A stretch of 64,000 nt of DNA, taken from NCBI GenBank assembly GCA_964234715.1, contig OZ174278.1; one strand, written 5' to 3'. The first letter of the stretch is position 1; each line of letters starts with the position of its first letter. The position numbers and the translations under genes were made by a program. This document shows, one piece after another, positions 25,388-37,100 of this stretch. Under the pieces are notes generated by a model that made no database searches, had not been told where the DNA came from, and was given only the letters and a program-made list of their open reading frames with translations. This stretch comes from Podarcis melisellensis (lineage: Eukaryota).

Positions 25388-26770
25388 TTAACACAAAGTT
25401 ATACACTTTTAAACTTTTCTTTCTTCACATCTTCTGCCCCCCCCTTTTGTGTTGAATTTTAGGTGGCATGGTCTTCAGAGCAGGATCTTGTCTTTTTGTT
25501 CTTACTTTGTAAAGCACTTTCATCATTAATGGCATAATTATTGTTAGAATGAATAAAGCCTGCTTATATCCTCACAGATCTATAGTTCTTTTCACTTTTT
25601 GTGGTGGAAATGAGGTGCCGGTAGTTATATATTGACAAAAATGTCATGGGTGCAAATACAAAATGGCTGCCATGGGTAGCAAAAAAAAAAAAAAAAAAAA
25701 AAGAGGTGACCAGTGAGTACCACCCATAACCAAAACAAAAGCACCTACATCCCCACACTGGTTTTATTCCTATAAATGATATCCATGTCTGATTGGCCTA
25801 AGGAAAGGATAACTAGTTAAATTTTAGAGCTCTCTCTCTTTTCCTATGAACTTCCAGAAGGGCTGCTTGATATAATTCAGGCACATTGATTTGCCCTTTT
25901 ATTGCATAAGACTCTCAGCCTAATTTCACGTGAGCGGCAAGGAGGGGGAAATGGGGAAAGGTGGTATCAGAAAGAGTGACAGAAAAGTGGGTGCCTGCCA
26001 ACTTTTGGCTCTGGCCCTGTCCAGAGCTAGCTGACTACACCTGGGGGAATGTGGTCCTTGACAGAATAAAGTATCCCCACCCTGTTTTACTGGATGGATC
26101 TCTTTTATTGATGTGACCTCCAGGCACCTAATAAAATGCTGTTAACAATAGAGATCTTTAGATAAGTGCACATCAATGTTGCACCTATTTTAAACCATTT
26201 AATGTAGGCAATAGTACCAGAGCAGATACAAACTTGGCACACATTTCTATCTCTCTTCAAATGACAATTCAGTGTGCATAAATATAATTTAAGGAGATCG
26301 CTCCCAGTGCATCTGATCTCTGGTGTCCAAACATTGATCCTGAACAGAGCTTGTGTTTATGCAGGTTGTATGTATGTCAGCTCTGTTCAGAAGGCATGAT
26401 CAGTGTGAAGGGCTGGGGCTTGTAAGTGCAATTCCACTCCCACTGATGTTATACTGTTGTCATCTGAACACAGCTTTTGTTTTTCTGATGAAGCACTGGG
26501 TGTGGTGGTATTGGATTGGGCCCTTGGTACTTTATGTGTGTGGCTAATATGAATGTATTGTAACGATGAATAAAATACAATTCAGTGTATGAGGCATTAG
26601 CAACAATTTGAAATTATTTTTTAAAGATTTGTAATATTCCATTGTCAGCATACTTGCCTTCCATTCTTTTTTCATTCTGTTTCATTCTGTCATCCTTTAT
26701 TAAGCATTACAGTAAAATTCTTTAGGCATGAGATTTGCTCTAGAAGAGTGCAGGGCAAAAAAAACACCAG

Positions 26771-27390
26771 TGTCAGTGAAGTTAACTCTTCACTCAAGAA
26801 ACCAAAACAGTGCAGGCCTAGTGATCACAGCAGTTCTTCCCAGTATGCCTTGTCCCAACGAGGCAGTTGCAAGGACTGAAGGTCCTTGCCTCCCCACAGG
26901 TCTCTAAGGCTCCTCCCCTGGGTCCTTCCCCAGCAGACTAATCATTGCTCTTCATTTCTCTGTGTGCTTGGGGAGACTAGGGGGAGGGGAAGAGGTCGCA
27001 GCAGGAGGGGGAGGCTCCCCGGTGTCTTCAACAGCCTGCCTCATCATTGCCTCCTGCCTCCCCTCCTCTCCAGCATCCTCTTCTGCCTCTGAGCCTGGAC
27101 TGTTCTCTGTCCCAGCCTCTTCCTGCTCACTAAGCCCTGTTGCCTTTTTAGCTTCCTCCTCCCTGTCTGCTCCCTCATCTCCCTCTGACCTAGGGTTTAG
27201 GAAGTGCTTGCTGGTAAATGAAGTTTGCAGTGATTTGTGGGTGAGGCACTTGACATCGTGGAGTCACTTGACCTCATCACCATGGCAGCAAGCCACAGCA
27301 GTTCAGCTTCTTCCTGTACTACAAGGTAACATGAGAAGCTCATGTGGTGGCTTCTTGGTGCTGATGTCTGGAAGAGCTGTGGTGAGGACA
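26771..27390 (-). mobile_element. Possible solo-LTR-like repeat
   Basis: GC-rich block with strong purine/pyrimidine skew, bounded by TGT...ACA. The minus-strand start tgtcctcacca-cagct resembles tgtcctcaccaatcagct at 49731. No TSD seen. Confidence 0.3.
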
Positions 27391-27838
27391 ACTCCTTCTG
27401 CTTGGTCTGGGCTTGCATTATGTTAATTCAGTGAATCAGGAAGGAGATGGCTCCAGCACAACTAGATTTAAGAACCCATTCTAAGTATATTATGAACTGG
27501 TGGTTGGACCAGCTTCAAGAGGGATCTGGGGCCTATATATAGCTTGGATATCCATGAATTCCTCCAATTTAAGATGACCCTGAGTACAGATGGAGTGCAG
27601 ATAACAATGGAGTACTGTTACTGTGTTGTGCAGCCTCCATTATCATCTCCTCTGTTGTTGTCTAAATTCCACTCCAAAGCTCAGTCTTAAAATAAATTAA
27701 GTTTACTTGCACCTGCTGTGTAGAGAAACAATCCCTTCCAGATAAGTTATTTGTGTGGTATCAACTTATGGCACAGAAGTTAGTTTGAAGTGTGGGGCAG
27801 TGCAACAGAGTGCCAAGTTATTAATTAAGATAAATTTA

Positions 27839-28189
27839 AAGGTAAAGGGACCCCTGACCATTAGGTCCAGTTGTGGCCGACTCTGGGGTTACGCCGCTCA
27901 TCTTGCTTTATTGGCCAAGGGAGCCGGCATACAGCTTCCGGGTCATGTGGCCAGCATGACTAAGCTGCTTCTGGCAAAACCAGAGCAGCGCATGGAAACG
28001 CCGTTTACCTTCCCGCCGGAGTGGTACCTATTTATCTACTTGCACTTTGATGTGCTTTCAAACTGCTAGGTTGACAGGAGCAGGGACCGAGCAACGGGAG
28101 CTCATCCCGTCGCGGAGATTCGAACCACCGACCTTCTGATCGGCAAGTCCTAGGCTCTGTGGTTTAACCCACAGCGCCACCCGCATCCC
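27839..28189 (-). mobile_element. Sauria SINE, full length
   Basis: aaggtaaagggacccctg ... cagcgccacccgcatccc; TSD taagataaattta at 27826-27838 / taagacaaattta at 28190-28202. Confidence 0.9.
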
Positions 28190-28232
28190 TAAGACAAATT
28201 TATAGACTGCTTAATCGGGGAAAATGCTGAGT

Positions 28233-28298
28233 GGGACGCAGGTGGCACTATGGGATGCGGGTGGCGCTGTGGGTTAAACCACAGAGCCTAGGACTTGC
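28233..28298 (+). mobile_element. Sauria SINE 5' head fragment with duplicated start
   Basis: gggacgcaggtggcactat followed by gggatgcgggtggcgctgtgggttaaaccacagagcctaggacttgc. Confidence 0.8.
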
Positions 28299-30568
28299 TC
28301 TCCGATAAGTTGCTATGTGAACCTGAGCATTAGAAGCTCCCACACTATAACATAAAGTTCTCTGAGCGGCTTACATTCAATAATAAATGTATAAAGTTAG
28401 GCTCACAAAGCCAAACGGCAGAAAGGCTGAGGAAGTTATAAAAGAGATTTCTGAGGAAAATTTTCAGCTGTTACACCAAAATATTTCCCCTCTCCAGTAT
28501 TTGTTGCCGGAACAATCAAAACGATATAAGTCTTTGGGACATAGGGAAGAATATGACAAGATGACAAGATTACAGGACTTGTCCACATCCCCCTGGGATT
28601 TATTACCTTAGCTCTTTCCTCTGGTTGTCTAAAGCTTTCTTCATGTTGATGTCATGAGGCAGCACCTTCAGCTTATTTCATGATTTGGCCTTTTATTCTC
28701 TGTTATCTTGTATGGAGTTTCTTTTGTCCTCTATTTACCCTTCCCATATCTGCTTCTTTAATCGCCTGTGGCAGTTTGCAGTAGAATTTTATGGATGATA
28801 GTTTTAAAACATTGTCTGGAGAGTTGGTGCAGGCTAAAAAAATTAAGATATCAAATGATAAAAGGGTGTGAGAGGAAAATAGGAAAGAAAGTGAAAGAAG
28901 ATAAGCACAGACCATTTCCTTGGGTAAGTTGTTAGTCATTCCTTTATATATCTCCCAGGGATAGCCAATCTGGTGCTCTCTCAGAGGCAGAAGGGGGGCA
29001 GAAGGACCGTGGCCCTGGGCACACAGTTTTGAGGGGGCACAGCAAGGTGCCCCCAACAAGCTCCCTTATTTAGGCCAGAGCTGCAGGGAGGTACACTGTG
29101 CTCAGCCCAGACTTTCGGGGCTGGGGTGGCGGCAGCTCCTTCTCTTCCTGGCCATTGAAAGGACGCCCACATGCCAGCCAAGTTGAAGGGGGAGGGGGAG
29201 GGTGTAACACACACTAGGGAATTGTGGAAGCCACTTGCTTGGCATTGGCCCAGCACCAATTCCGGACCTGGAGGCGGAAGCTGCGGAGAGGAGGAGCTGC
29301 AGTAACAACATTACCGTGCCTCTCCTCCCCTGGGCTCTGGTGCATGAGTGATCTGCAGAGGCAGCTTCCTCGGTGATGGCCCAGCCCTGCCAGGCTGCCC
29401 AGTCTACCAGGGCAGCACAAAACTTGCCCCATCCTGGGCACCAGCAAACTGTGTTATGCCACTGTGCTCTCCAGTTGTTGTTGAACTCCAAATCCCATCA
29501 ACCCCAGACACCATTGCTAGTAGGCAGGATTGATGGGAATTACAGCCCAGCAACATATTGGCTACCCCTGTATATAACCTCATCGATGGAGTCAGAATCA
29601 GTTTTATACCATTTTATATTTGTTTCTGTCTGTGTTTAAAATTCCATGTGTGCTTGTTTATTGTAAGACTGGCAATGTCCCTTAACAGGCCACCAGTGGA
29701 AACAGGATGTTTGACTTGGTGAGCCCTTGGTCTAAGGGAGCCTTTTCCAACCTGGTGTTGTTGGGCTGCAACTCCCATCGTTCTGGCAGCTGGGGCTGTT
29801 GTCCAACAACTGGAGGACACCAGGTTGGCGAGAGTTGGTCTAAGGCTTCCTCATGTGTCCTTCTACAGTATTGCACCTGTTGTGTTAATTTTTCTCTCAT
29901 CCTTTTCCTGTGGAGTCTTCCTTTGTGCCCATTCCCATGCCACTGGCGCATTGCCTTTTATCACACTCTAGTGTTGTTCAATCTACAATGATGCATGGGA
30001 GGCATGGCAAGTCATATTAACACTGTATTATCTCCATCTCCACTAAACAAACGCCTCCATGTAATTCACCTTGAAACAAAGCTGCTATCATTCTATCCCT
30101 TTCTTCTTCCTGAACATTTTCTCTTTATTTTTCTGTACTGTATATCTGTGAGACATGTGTTGTGCTGTGTAGATTGAACGAGGCCATCTATTATACTCCC
30201 ACATCTCTGGCATTTGTAGATTATTTGATCAGTCAGAGGATCCTAGCAGTAGAAGTAGAAAACGAATGGAGATAGTCTTAACACGCACACAGGCTCACTT
30301 ATACACATGCTCTGTTTCTCTTTGCTCATATGAACTGGTTGCTTGGCGACCGTCAGTAAAAGCACAGCTATTCCCCGCCCCCCTTATGCTGCCATTCTAC
30401 CAAACTGCTTCCGTTCTCTCACATACTGCGAGATGAAACAAACAATAGGAATGTAAAGGCATTCTTTATGGCATTATCAGGATTCTTAGCATACTGTCAT
30501 GCTTTAAAGAAACCATCACTAAGTAGATGTCAAAATTATCAAAGGGTAAAATGTCAGAATATAAATTA

Positions 30569-30574
<6 letters not shown>

Positions 30575-30618
<44 letters not shown>
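30575..30618. repeat. (AT)22 microsatellite
   Basis: Seen directly; a (TTTA)n run follows at about 30670-30698. Confidence 0.95.
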
Positions 30619-30620
<2 letters not shown>

Positions 30621-30799
30621 CTGCTGTAGTTTGTTTTTAAGCCTGTTTTAAATCACAGGAATGCTGAATTTTATTTATTTATATTTATTTATTTATTTCG
30701 GTCTTCGTCTCTGGCGCTAGTTTAAAAAATTAAGAAGTAAAGTTGCAGTGCAGCAAATCAAGCACAGTAAACAAATCTATACTGCACTTCATCTTACAG

Positions 30800-30856
30800 G
30801 ACCTGTATCGCCCTCTCTCTTCGGATGATTTGGATTCAGTAGGAGACTCTGTGTAA
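30800..30856 (+). CDS. DCLK1: Coding part of the alternative terminal exon of the kinase-less isoforms DCL and CARP
   Basis: Acceptor cttcatcttacag|GACCTG, phase 0; encodes DLYRPLSSDDLDSVGDSV-TAA, the known DCL/CARP C-terminus, homologous to the DCX C-terminus. Confidence 0.95.
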   Translation, partial: DLYRPLSSDDLDSVGDSV

Positions 30857-33800
30857 AAAAAACCCAGAAAATGGAACAGTGCATAATGGTTTGTGATTGG
30901 GTGAAGGTTTAACACTTTCCTGAGAATGTAGTTAGCTGCTAACCGACATTAGTGAATTGCACAAAAGCGTTTTGCGTATTTTAATATTAAAACACCGGCG
31001 TTTGTCCCTATATACATATATAATATATTAACTTTAATGGTGTTATGTGCTTGTGCGACTTGATTTCTGTACAAGGGCTCTTAGACTAGGTTATAACAAA
31101 TTGTGTAAACATTTTGAGATGAAACTTGGATAGGGTAAATATAATGTCCAAAGGTGCTATTATTTTCCAAAACACTCACCATGATAGAGAGCAGAAGGGA
31201 TACGTATGCAAGGGGCAGCCTGAGCATCTTCTCACTGCTACATACATCTTCCTTCCTCACTGAAAAGTTTCTCCTGAGGGTGAAGAAACCCTCAGTAAAT
31301 AAATGCCTATGGTGTGGGTATGAGGGTTGCTGGAGGAGCAGATATCAGTAGAAGAACTTCCATGCACATCCTTTCCACTCACAGTAGCACTGGATATAAG
31401 CCCATATCTTTACTACTGCTCAACACTTGATGTTTCCATTTTTTATTGGAAAAGGAGCCCTTGCCTGTAGAGCTGTCGGCAACTGGTAGAAATTGTTATG
31501 AAAATAAAGTGCAGTCCAGATGCACTTTGCTCATACTGCTTGCCCTTTTTGAGCTTTCGTAGCTCTGTAATAAATTTGCCCTCGTTATAAAAAAATGTGT
31601 GCTGTATAAACTGATGAAGTTGACAAATTTTGAAGAAGAAGAAAGAGTTGTCATAGCTTGGAACGTCCACTTGTTGAATCCTGCGCAAGGGAGCCCTGTT
31701 GAATTCCTTTCATTTCCTTGCCCTGCTCCAAACCCCTGACCCCATTCCACACCATTCCAGGGGTGTCCATTGACCCTCAGGAGTGGCATTTTGGGCACCC
31801 AAACAGAGTTCCACTCAATCTTCTATAAGTCCACCCTTGAGATTAAGCAGCTTATAATATCATTTACACTACACAAACACTTTTGCAAATTTAGGTTTTT
31901 CCCTAGGAAATGTGTTTTTGTTTTTGCTTTGGACTTTTTGCCTGTTTGTTAGGTGTAAATATAGGAACATGTTTTGCAGGCTTAAGACACTTAACAAAAG
32001 TGAGCACAGAGCTTTCCCCCCCCCCCTCAGTTAAAAATAGAAATCTCTATGGTGATTGAAGTATTTGGGTCTAATTTCTCATTTTCCTTTTTATGGGGAC
32101 TTGTTAAAAAAATGAATATGCTGAACTCAGAGCAGCGAAATTATGTATGTGTGAATGTATGTATGTGTTAAACTAATTATGTTGATGGGCATGATCCAGT
32201 GGGATGTTTTTCCTATGTAAGCCTCATTGATTAGAATGTGAGAAGTACAAGAGTTCCCTTGAGCTTGTGTGTTATCTCTCTTTTAGTAGGGGATCCTGAA
32301 ATTTCTTAGGAGAAATTTCTTCTGAATTGGTCCTTAAGCAGATATTTACAACACTGTTTATGCTCTACTGCCTTGTTTTGAGAGCAAGAACTCAGTGCTT
32401 TTATTGCAAATCATTATGGTCTTGCAACACTGATTGCTTGCTTTTAATTTAATGATTGTTACTTCTAGATACTGTAGCTTACACATTGGGTAACTTTTTT
32501 AATGAGACATCTACCGTTAACATTTCACATAATAATTTATGATTTAATGTTGGCTTTTTTTCATTCCTATAGAAACATAGTCAGCATCAGCTTAACAAAC
32601 ACTGGGCACCATAAGGAAATGTATTAGTACTACACACAGGAAGGCAAGCTCAGGTTTTAAGGGCCATGCTTCTGTCTTTTCATTTAAATATCTTAAGTGG
32701 TTTTTTATTCAAACATGCAACAAAAATGACCAGACAATGCTGATGTATGGTATTATGGGTTGTGTGCACCAAAGTTGTTCCATCAGTGTGAGCTCTTAGA
32801 ATTGTGCAATGGAATTTCTCTTCCCTCTTCTCCCCGTAGCTCCCTCGCAAATCTTTTCTGGCGGTTCCCCCCTGGGGCAGATTGGGGGCTCATGGACAGG
32901 GGGAGGGGAAGTTCCATTGAGCAAGTGGAAGATTTTGCATTAGTGCAACAACTTCAGTGGTTAAAACCCTGTGAGTTGTGTTTTAGTATGTCACAATGCA
33001 AAGGACAGTACAACACTATCACATGTTAAGTACGTGATTATGGGGGAAAGATGTACTACATGTGCTTTCTTTGTGCTATTGGAGTTATTCAACCCTGAAA
33101 ACCTGGGATACATATTGATATTTACAGGGGGAGGTTATTAGAGTCCGTTCATTTCAAAAGAAACCTATAATGTCAGCTACTTTCCAAACCATTAGATATT
33201 GTACCTGAAACAGGCAAAGGGAATAAGATTAGTTGGGTATGTTTCCTTTTCCAGTTATATTCTAGTACTTTATTTCATGGGAGATCAAAATAGGTTCCTA
33301 ATGTGTTGGCACCACTTATCTAGAAGGAAGGAAATGTAATGACATAAGTTTGGGGGTTTTCTTTTGGGGCTTGGGTGTTTGAAATATTTCAATATTGTTT
33401 CTCCTATTACTGTAAAATATTGCCACAAGCCTTATATTGCATAGCTTTGTTTGGGCTGTGGAGGCAGATACATGTTCTTAAAATTATTAGATGGTGCGTA
33501 CCATAGCAGGCTTTCCTGTATGAACTCTTCTAAGGGATGTAACATTGTAATTTGAGTATTGTTCATGGGAGATTCTATTCACTTGTGAAATGAAAATTCC
33601 TCAGTGCCTGGAAAGTATTACCATTTAACAGTAGTCCTGTAAGTCCAGTTTTCTGTGGGTAGAAATTCCAAAATGCAAATGCAGAAACAATTATATTATT
33701 TGCCCTGCAGGATGTGGGGCACAGTTTTTACCAAGATTATGGCTGAGGAGGGAAGGCTGTCCTGTCCACATGCTGCAGTTCCAGTGACCAGAATCTGGTA

Positions 33801-35460
33801 GTTTGTTTTACAAAACCACAAGATTGTTAAGTGTGTTAATGTAACAAGCTAACAATTAATTAAGCTGGATATTTCACAGACACTGGAGGTTTGTTTTGCT
33901 AGTTTTCCCAAAGTTTCCTCTATCTCTCAGTTTAGGTTTTATGGGGAACAGGGAGTTCAAACATTAAAGTTAAGTCAAATAATTTTTGAAAGCCTTTACT
34001 CCTGTGTTGTTGTTGTTTTAAAAAAAATCTGTGTTTAAAATGAATAGTTAAAATAGGTGATAGGCTTTTGGCTTTGGGAAATAAATAGCTGAAGATCTAT
34101 TGTTCCATTCCTGCATGTGGAAAGAAGCTTTGAAATGCCAGGCAACTGTTTTTCCTTGTTTAAGTTAATCGTCCAAGGGCTTGTATGTATGAGAGAACAT
34201 TGGAGTCACATCCAGAGATCCTCTTCCACCAACGGATGAGCAAGTAGCAATACTAAGGCAGCAGTGTTCACATTGTAATTAAAATCACATTCTACATAAT
34301 TGAATTATAGATCTGCGAGCTTATATTCCACATCACAATGTCAAAAGTTGCATCTCAAAGTTTAAATTACTTCAACCCTCTGTTATTGGTATGGTATGGC
34401 ATATACAGTTGTAAACCAAATACAGAGATGAATGGAAATATAAATAAGCCTTGTATATATGTGTGCATGTAATACTGAATCTTAACGATGACTCCCAGTT
34501 TACAATACAAAGCCTGTACTTTCCAGAGACCTTTGTCACTTGTAGATCCAGCCTCATATGAGAAAAAGTGGGTGCACGACACTGGTGTTTTCTGTGGTAT
34601 GGTCCATATGCCAAATATGCCAGATTTATGTACAGTAATAAAAGCAGGTATCTGACTACATGGAGAAAGATTAGTCTGAACCATGCATTGCACATAATGA
34701 ACTTTATGATCTAAGCTGTACTTCCCCCCCACCCAGCTGCTGAAATTGAGGAGTTGGCTGCCAGTTTACCACGTGTACAGCTGGTTCATGATTTCTTTTT
34801 TTCAGTGTGGTTGCATACCTGTGTGTATGATCATGTGGAAGGCTTTACTAATGAGAACTAGCCCTTTGTGATCCAGGATTGTATTCTTTCTTTCTGCACA
34901 TGCACACAGACACACACAGTGTGCATGTGCATATTTGTATGCCTTTTGGTGTATGTATTTGTGCATTTTTGTTTGCATTTGTTTAAATAATCGCTGTGCA
35001 GCAAGGTATGGACAAGCAAGTACTGAACCAATTTTGTACTCATCTCATCTGGTGTGTTGTGATATTATATAGGGATAATTGTTCTTTACCTTGTATAATA
35101 ATCTCTATTTGGTTTATATTGTCCAATGAAAGAAAACTGCTGTATTGTAAATGCTAGTTGATAAAATAAGTTTACAATTTTATACTATTTTCTTGAAAAT
35201 ACTTTTCTGGTTTCGTTTGTTTTTCCTCTGTTTTCTCCAAAGTAACTGATAATCAGCAAAACCAGTGAAACGTTTTTTAAAGTAGCTGCAGCAGAAAATA
35301 GTTTTCGTTTTCTAATAAATCAAGTAAACTGCCTTCATTTTGTACCATCAATGCAGTGCATTGTATGTGTGTTTTTGTATTTGACCTTGCCATACAGATT
35401 GCCTTTGCTGGATTTTAAGCTGTAAGTCATGTAATAAATAAATGGGAAAATCTATTCTAA
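30857..35460 (+). other. DCLK1: Probable long 3'UTR of DCL/CARP; end uncertain
   Basis: Follows the stop codon; U/UG-rich and poor in young repeats. AATAAA at 31503, 34637, 35314, 35433 and 35437. Confidence 0.5.
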
Positions 35461-36729
35461 ATATTCAGTGAGCTTCTTTTGAAAATGGGGAAACCAGACA
35501 AAGAATCTCTGCTATAACATACACATGGGGGGGGGTGTCACTGAACTGCGGGAACCATAGAGCTTAATGGGTTGTTCTAAACATAAATGCAGGCAGTGGC
35601 TTTTCAAAAATGTAAATTGTGGGTGCTAAGAGAAGAGAAAAATTCTAATGGATTACCTGGACAGGAAATTCACCAAGCCATAACTACCTATTTTTTAGAG
35701 GTGACGATGTATGGACTTGGAAGTATGGAATGAGAAATTGGTTTGGTATACACTTAAATGTTCTAGCCCTCTTATCGGCTTGCCTTTAGAAGCTCTCTTT
35801 TTATGTTACCTTTTACATGCTTGTTGAGTCTAAAAAGACTGAAATCTGAAAAAGGCATTTCGTAGTGATGGGCAACATGCTTCTTCAGAATAACTTGAGT
35901 TGCATGCACTTACTATTTTTTCCAGTGAAAACCTAGCAGCCGATCATCAACCCTTGCTAGTTAGAATTGTCTCTGCTTTGTGCAGACCAGGTTTGGTAAT
36001 AGGATAGCAACTATTTCATGCTCATTCTTGTACTGGGTGCTTTTGTCAAAATAAAACTGCGTTAGAGACTTTCAACCAAATCTTTGCCTAGTTTTTAATT
36101 CAATATAAAATTCAGCCCCTCCACTTCTTCAGCTTCATTGCTCCCTAGTCTACATTTCCCTTGCCCATTCTGTCTCTCTTTAACAGTTTTCTTGTCCCCA
36201 TGCCTTCATGAAGTCCCCCCCCCGCCATCCTCAGTGGTATTCCACTGCCTTCACAAAAACGCCACTGTTATTAGCATTCTGTTGATGATCCTTTTCATCC
36301 TGAGAATTTAGAATGTTCAAAGAAACTCCACCAATAGCTGCTGGGGCTCACTGACAATATATGAGAATAAAGTTTAGCTCATTAGTCATTTGCATGCATC
36401 TTAAAATGTTGAAGAGGGAGGAAAAGAGATGTGAAACAGGAGTCTCATTATAATGATGATTTTTAACTTCAAAGAACACACAGGTTGGGATTGGCAAATC
36501 TAGCAATTTCAATTTCTCTCAGTTTCTCATCCCCCCCCATCTTAAGTTCAGTTCTCCACATGCCCACATCAGTGTGCATTTTAAAGCAACAAACAAGTCA
36601 TAAGGACTCGTTAGCATTTTAGGGTAAATTTCTGCTAATATGCATATTTTTGTATGCTAGTTTGCCTAATATACACACTTTTGCAAAGCAATTTTGCCTA
36701 ATTATAACTTTAATGAAAGCATAACAATA

Positions 36730-37100
36730 ATTTTATTGTTTATATCTTGCCCATCTGGCTGGGTTTCCACAGCCACTCTAGGCAGCTTACAGCACATTTT
36801 AAAACATAACAAAACATCAGACATTAAAAACTTCCCAATACAGGACTATAGATGTCTTCTATAGTTGTTTAGTTCTTTATCTCCCTGAAAACTGATGGGA
36901 GGGCATTCCACAGGGAGGACACCACTACTGAGAAGGTCCTCTGCTTAGTTCCCTGTAACTTCACTTCTCGCAGTGAGGGAACTGCCAAAAGACCCTCAGA
37001 GGAGGACCTCAGTGTCCGGGCTGAACAATGGGGATGAAGACCCTCCTTCAGGGTTACTGGGCTGAGGCTGTTTAGGGCTTTAGAGGTCAGCACCAACACT
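36730..37100 (-). mobile_element. L2-clade LINE 3' fragment
   Basis: Minus ORF LVLTSKALNSLSP...ARTLRSSSEGLLAVP...RTFSVVVSSLWNALP is homologous to the L2 ORF2 end at 1200-1420. Confidence 0.78.

Noticed and set aside
25681-25702. A22 run as a retrocopy tail or transcript end
   Set aside because: No upstream poly(A) signal, recognisable body or TSD; only a risk of oligo-dT internal priming.
26886-27426. Ser/Ala-rich ORFs in a GC-rich block
   Set aside because: Low-complexity translation of a probable repeat; no splice-compatible link to DCLK1.
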